DNA of 64,000 nt, from NCBI GenBank assembly GCA_012295275.1, contig CM022672.1, forward strand, positions 2,480,001-2,544,000, given 5' to 3'. The position numbers and the translations under genes are program-made. This document shows, one piece after another, positions 62,994 through 64,000 of this stretch. Source of the DNA: Chrysomallon squamiferum. Taxonomy: Eukaryota > Animalia > Mollusca. The notes beneath the pieces are model-generated. The model saw nothing but the letters and a program-made list of their open reading frames with translations, had not been told where the DNA came from and ran no database searches. The first letter of the stretch is position 1, and every line of letters begins with the position of its first letter.

Positions 62994-64000
62994 TCAGTCA
63001 TACAAGTAATACGTAGGACTATATATTTAGCATGTATTGTATGTGATGACGTTCGTCCTTTTTGTAATATTTAAACTAAATAAAAATTGTTGTTGTTCTA
63101 AAAATACTGGAAACAGGAAAAAAACATCTGATTCAAAACCGACCACACCTAAATGTATTTGAAGTGACATTTTGTCTGTGCTTTTAGTTTGAGTTTTAAA
63201 ATTGTCAACCATGTCTGCATTTGAGTGTCTGTGTGTACGTGTACTTGTGTGCGTGCGCGCGCGCGCGTGTGTGTGCCTGACTGCATGCATATGCGACAAC
63301 TTTTCATTGACAATGTTACTTCGAACAACAACAACAACAAAAAAAACCCCACTATTTTGATAGGTTACACACAATAAAATGATTTCAAGTGCTCCACGCA
63401 GAAGCAGAAAGCATGTTGACGTGTGAACGACGAAGATCTTTTCACAACACAGACACGTAATTGTATATGCGTATAAACAACTGCGCTGGCCTTTACAAAT
63501 CTCGGTGTTTGAAGCTGGCTGTTTCGCTGCGAATACGGCTCACCTACGTGCAGTAATCCATACGACGAACCACGCTGACCACGTCTCTCAAGTACACCCA
63601 GGTCGGCTCATATATCGAACACTGCAGCTGAAGTGAAAGCTGTCATCGACCTCGGGGACTGACGTTGTGTTCGATATTTTGATTGGTTTCTCTGAACGCG
63701 ATAGCGGAGTTAAATTTGACACGTTGTGTTTGTTGTCTTCCTTCTCATTTATCTTCCCTGTTTGTGTGTGTGTGTGTGTGTGTCAGGGAAGTCGTGTAAA
63801 TTGTTTGTGTGTCTTTTGTACAGTGTTTTTATGTTTTTTTATCAGTGATTGTTAAATATTATTTATCTGACTTTCTGCGTTTTTCTCTGTCTATCATACT
63901 GTCTCGTCCTGTTTCTCTTTTTCTCATACATATAGAGCATACACAAATACACACACACACACACATACACACACTGACACACACACACACACACACACAC

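Overview
AT-rich, microsatellite-rich eukaryotic DNA with spliceosomal GT-AG introns. It is most likely a mollusc (gastropod), inferred from the SINE tails and a mollusc-type membrane-protein motif. I assembled four protein-coding genes by hand. (1) A nucleoplasmin/nucleophosmin-family histone chaperone on the minus strand (ATG at 6064, at least 8 exons). (2) Head-to-head with it, SIL1, the BiP nucleotide-exchange factor (+, 9 coding exons, 8827-24289, 465 aa, ending KEEL). (3) A two-exon 148-aa type I membrane protein (+, 42328-43336) made of only a signal peptide and the mollusc CxCxC...RRKRTSAEDARPSA-TM module. (4) A UDP-glycosyltransferase with an intronless CDS (-, 45106-46632) and an altered donor-binding signature. 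Also present are an RTE-type LINE 3' fragment, SINE fragments, a 58-bp minisatellite and a 115-bp duplication. The most notable unexplained items are a degenerate ~150-165-bp array of about 15 units (56.7-59.1 kb), a structured element in the 3' part of the nucleoplasmin gene, and a switch from CpG-poor to CpG-rich sequence near 27.6 kb. Most short ORFs in the track are microsatellite artefacts. There is no CRISPR array, tRNA or rRNA. No database searches were run.
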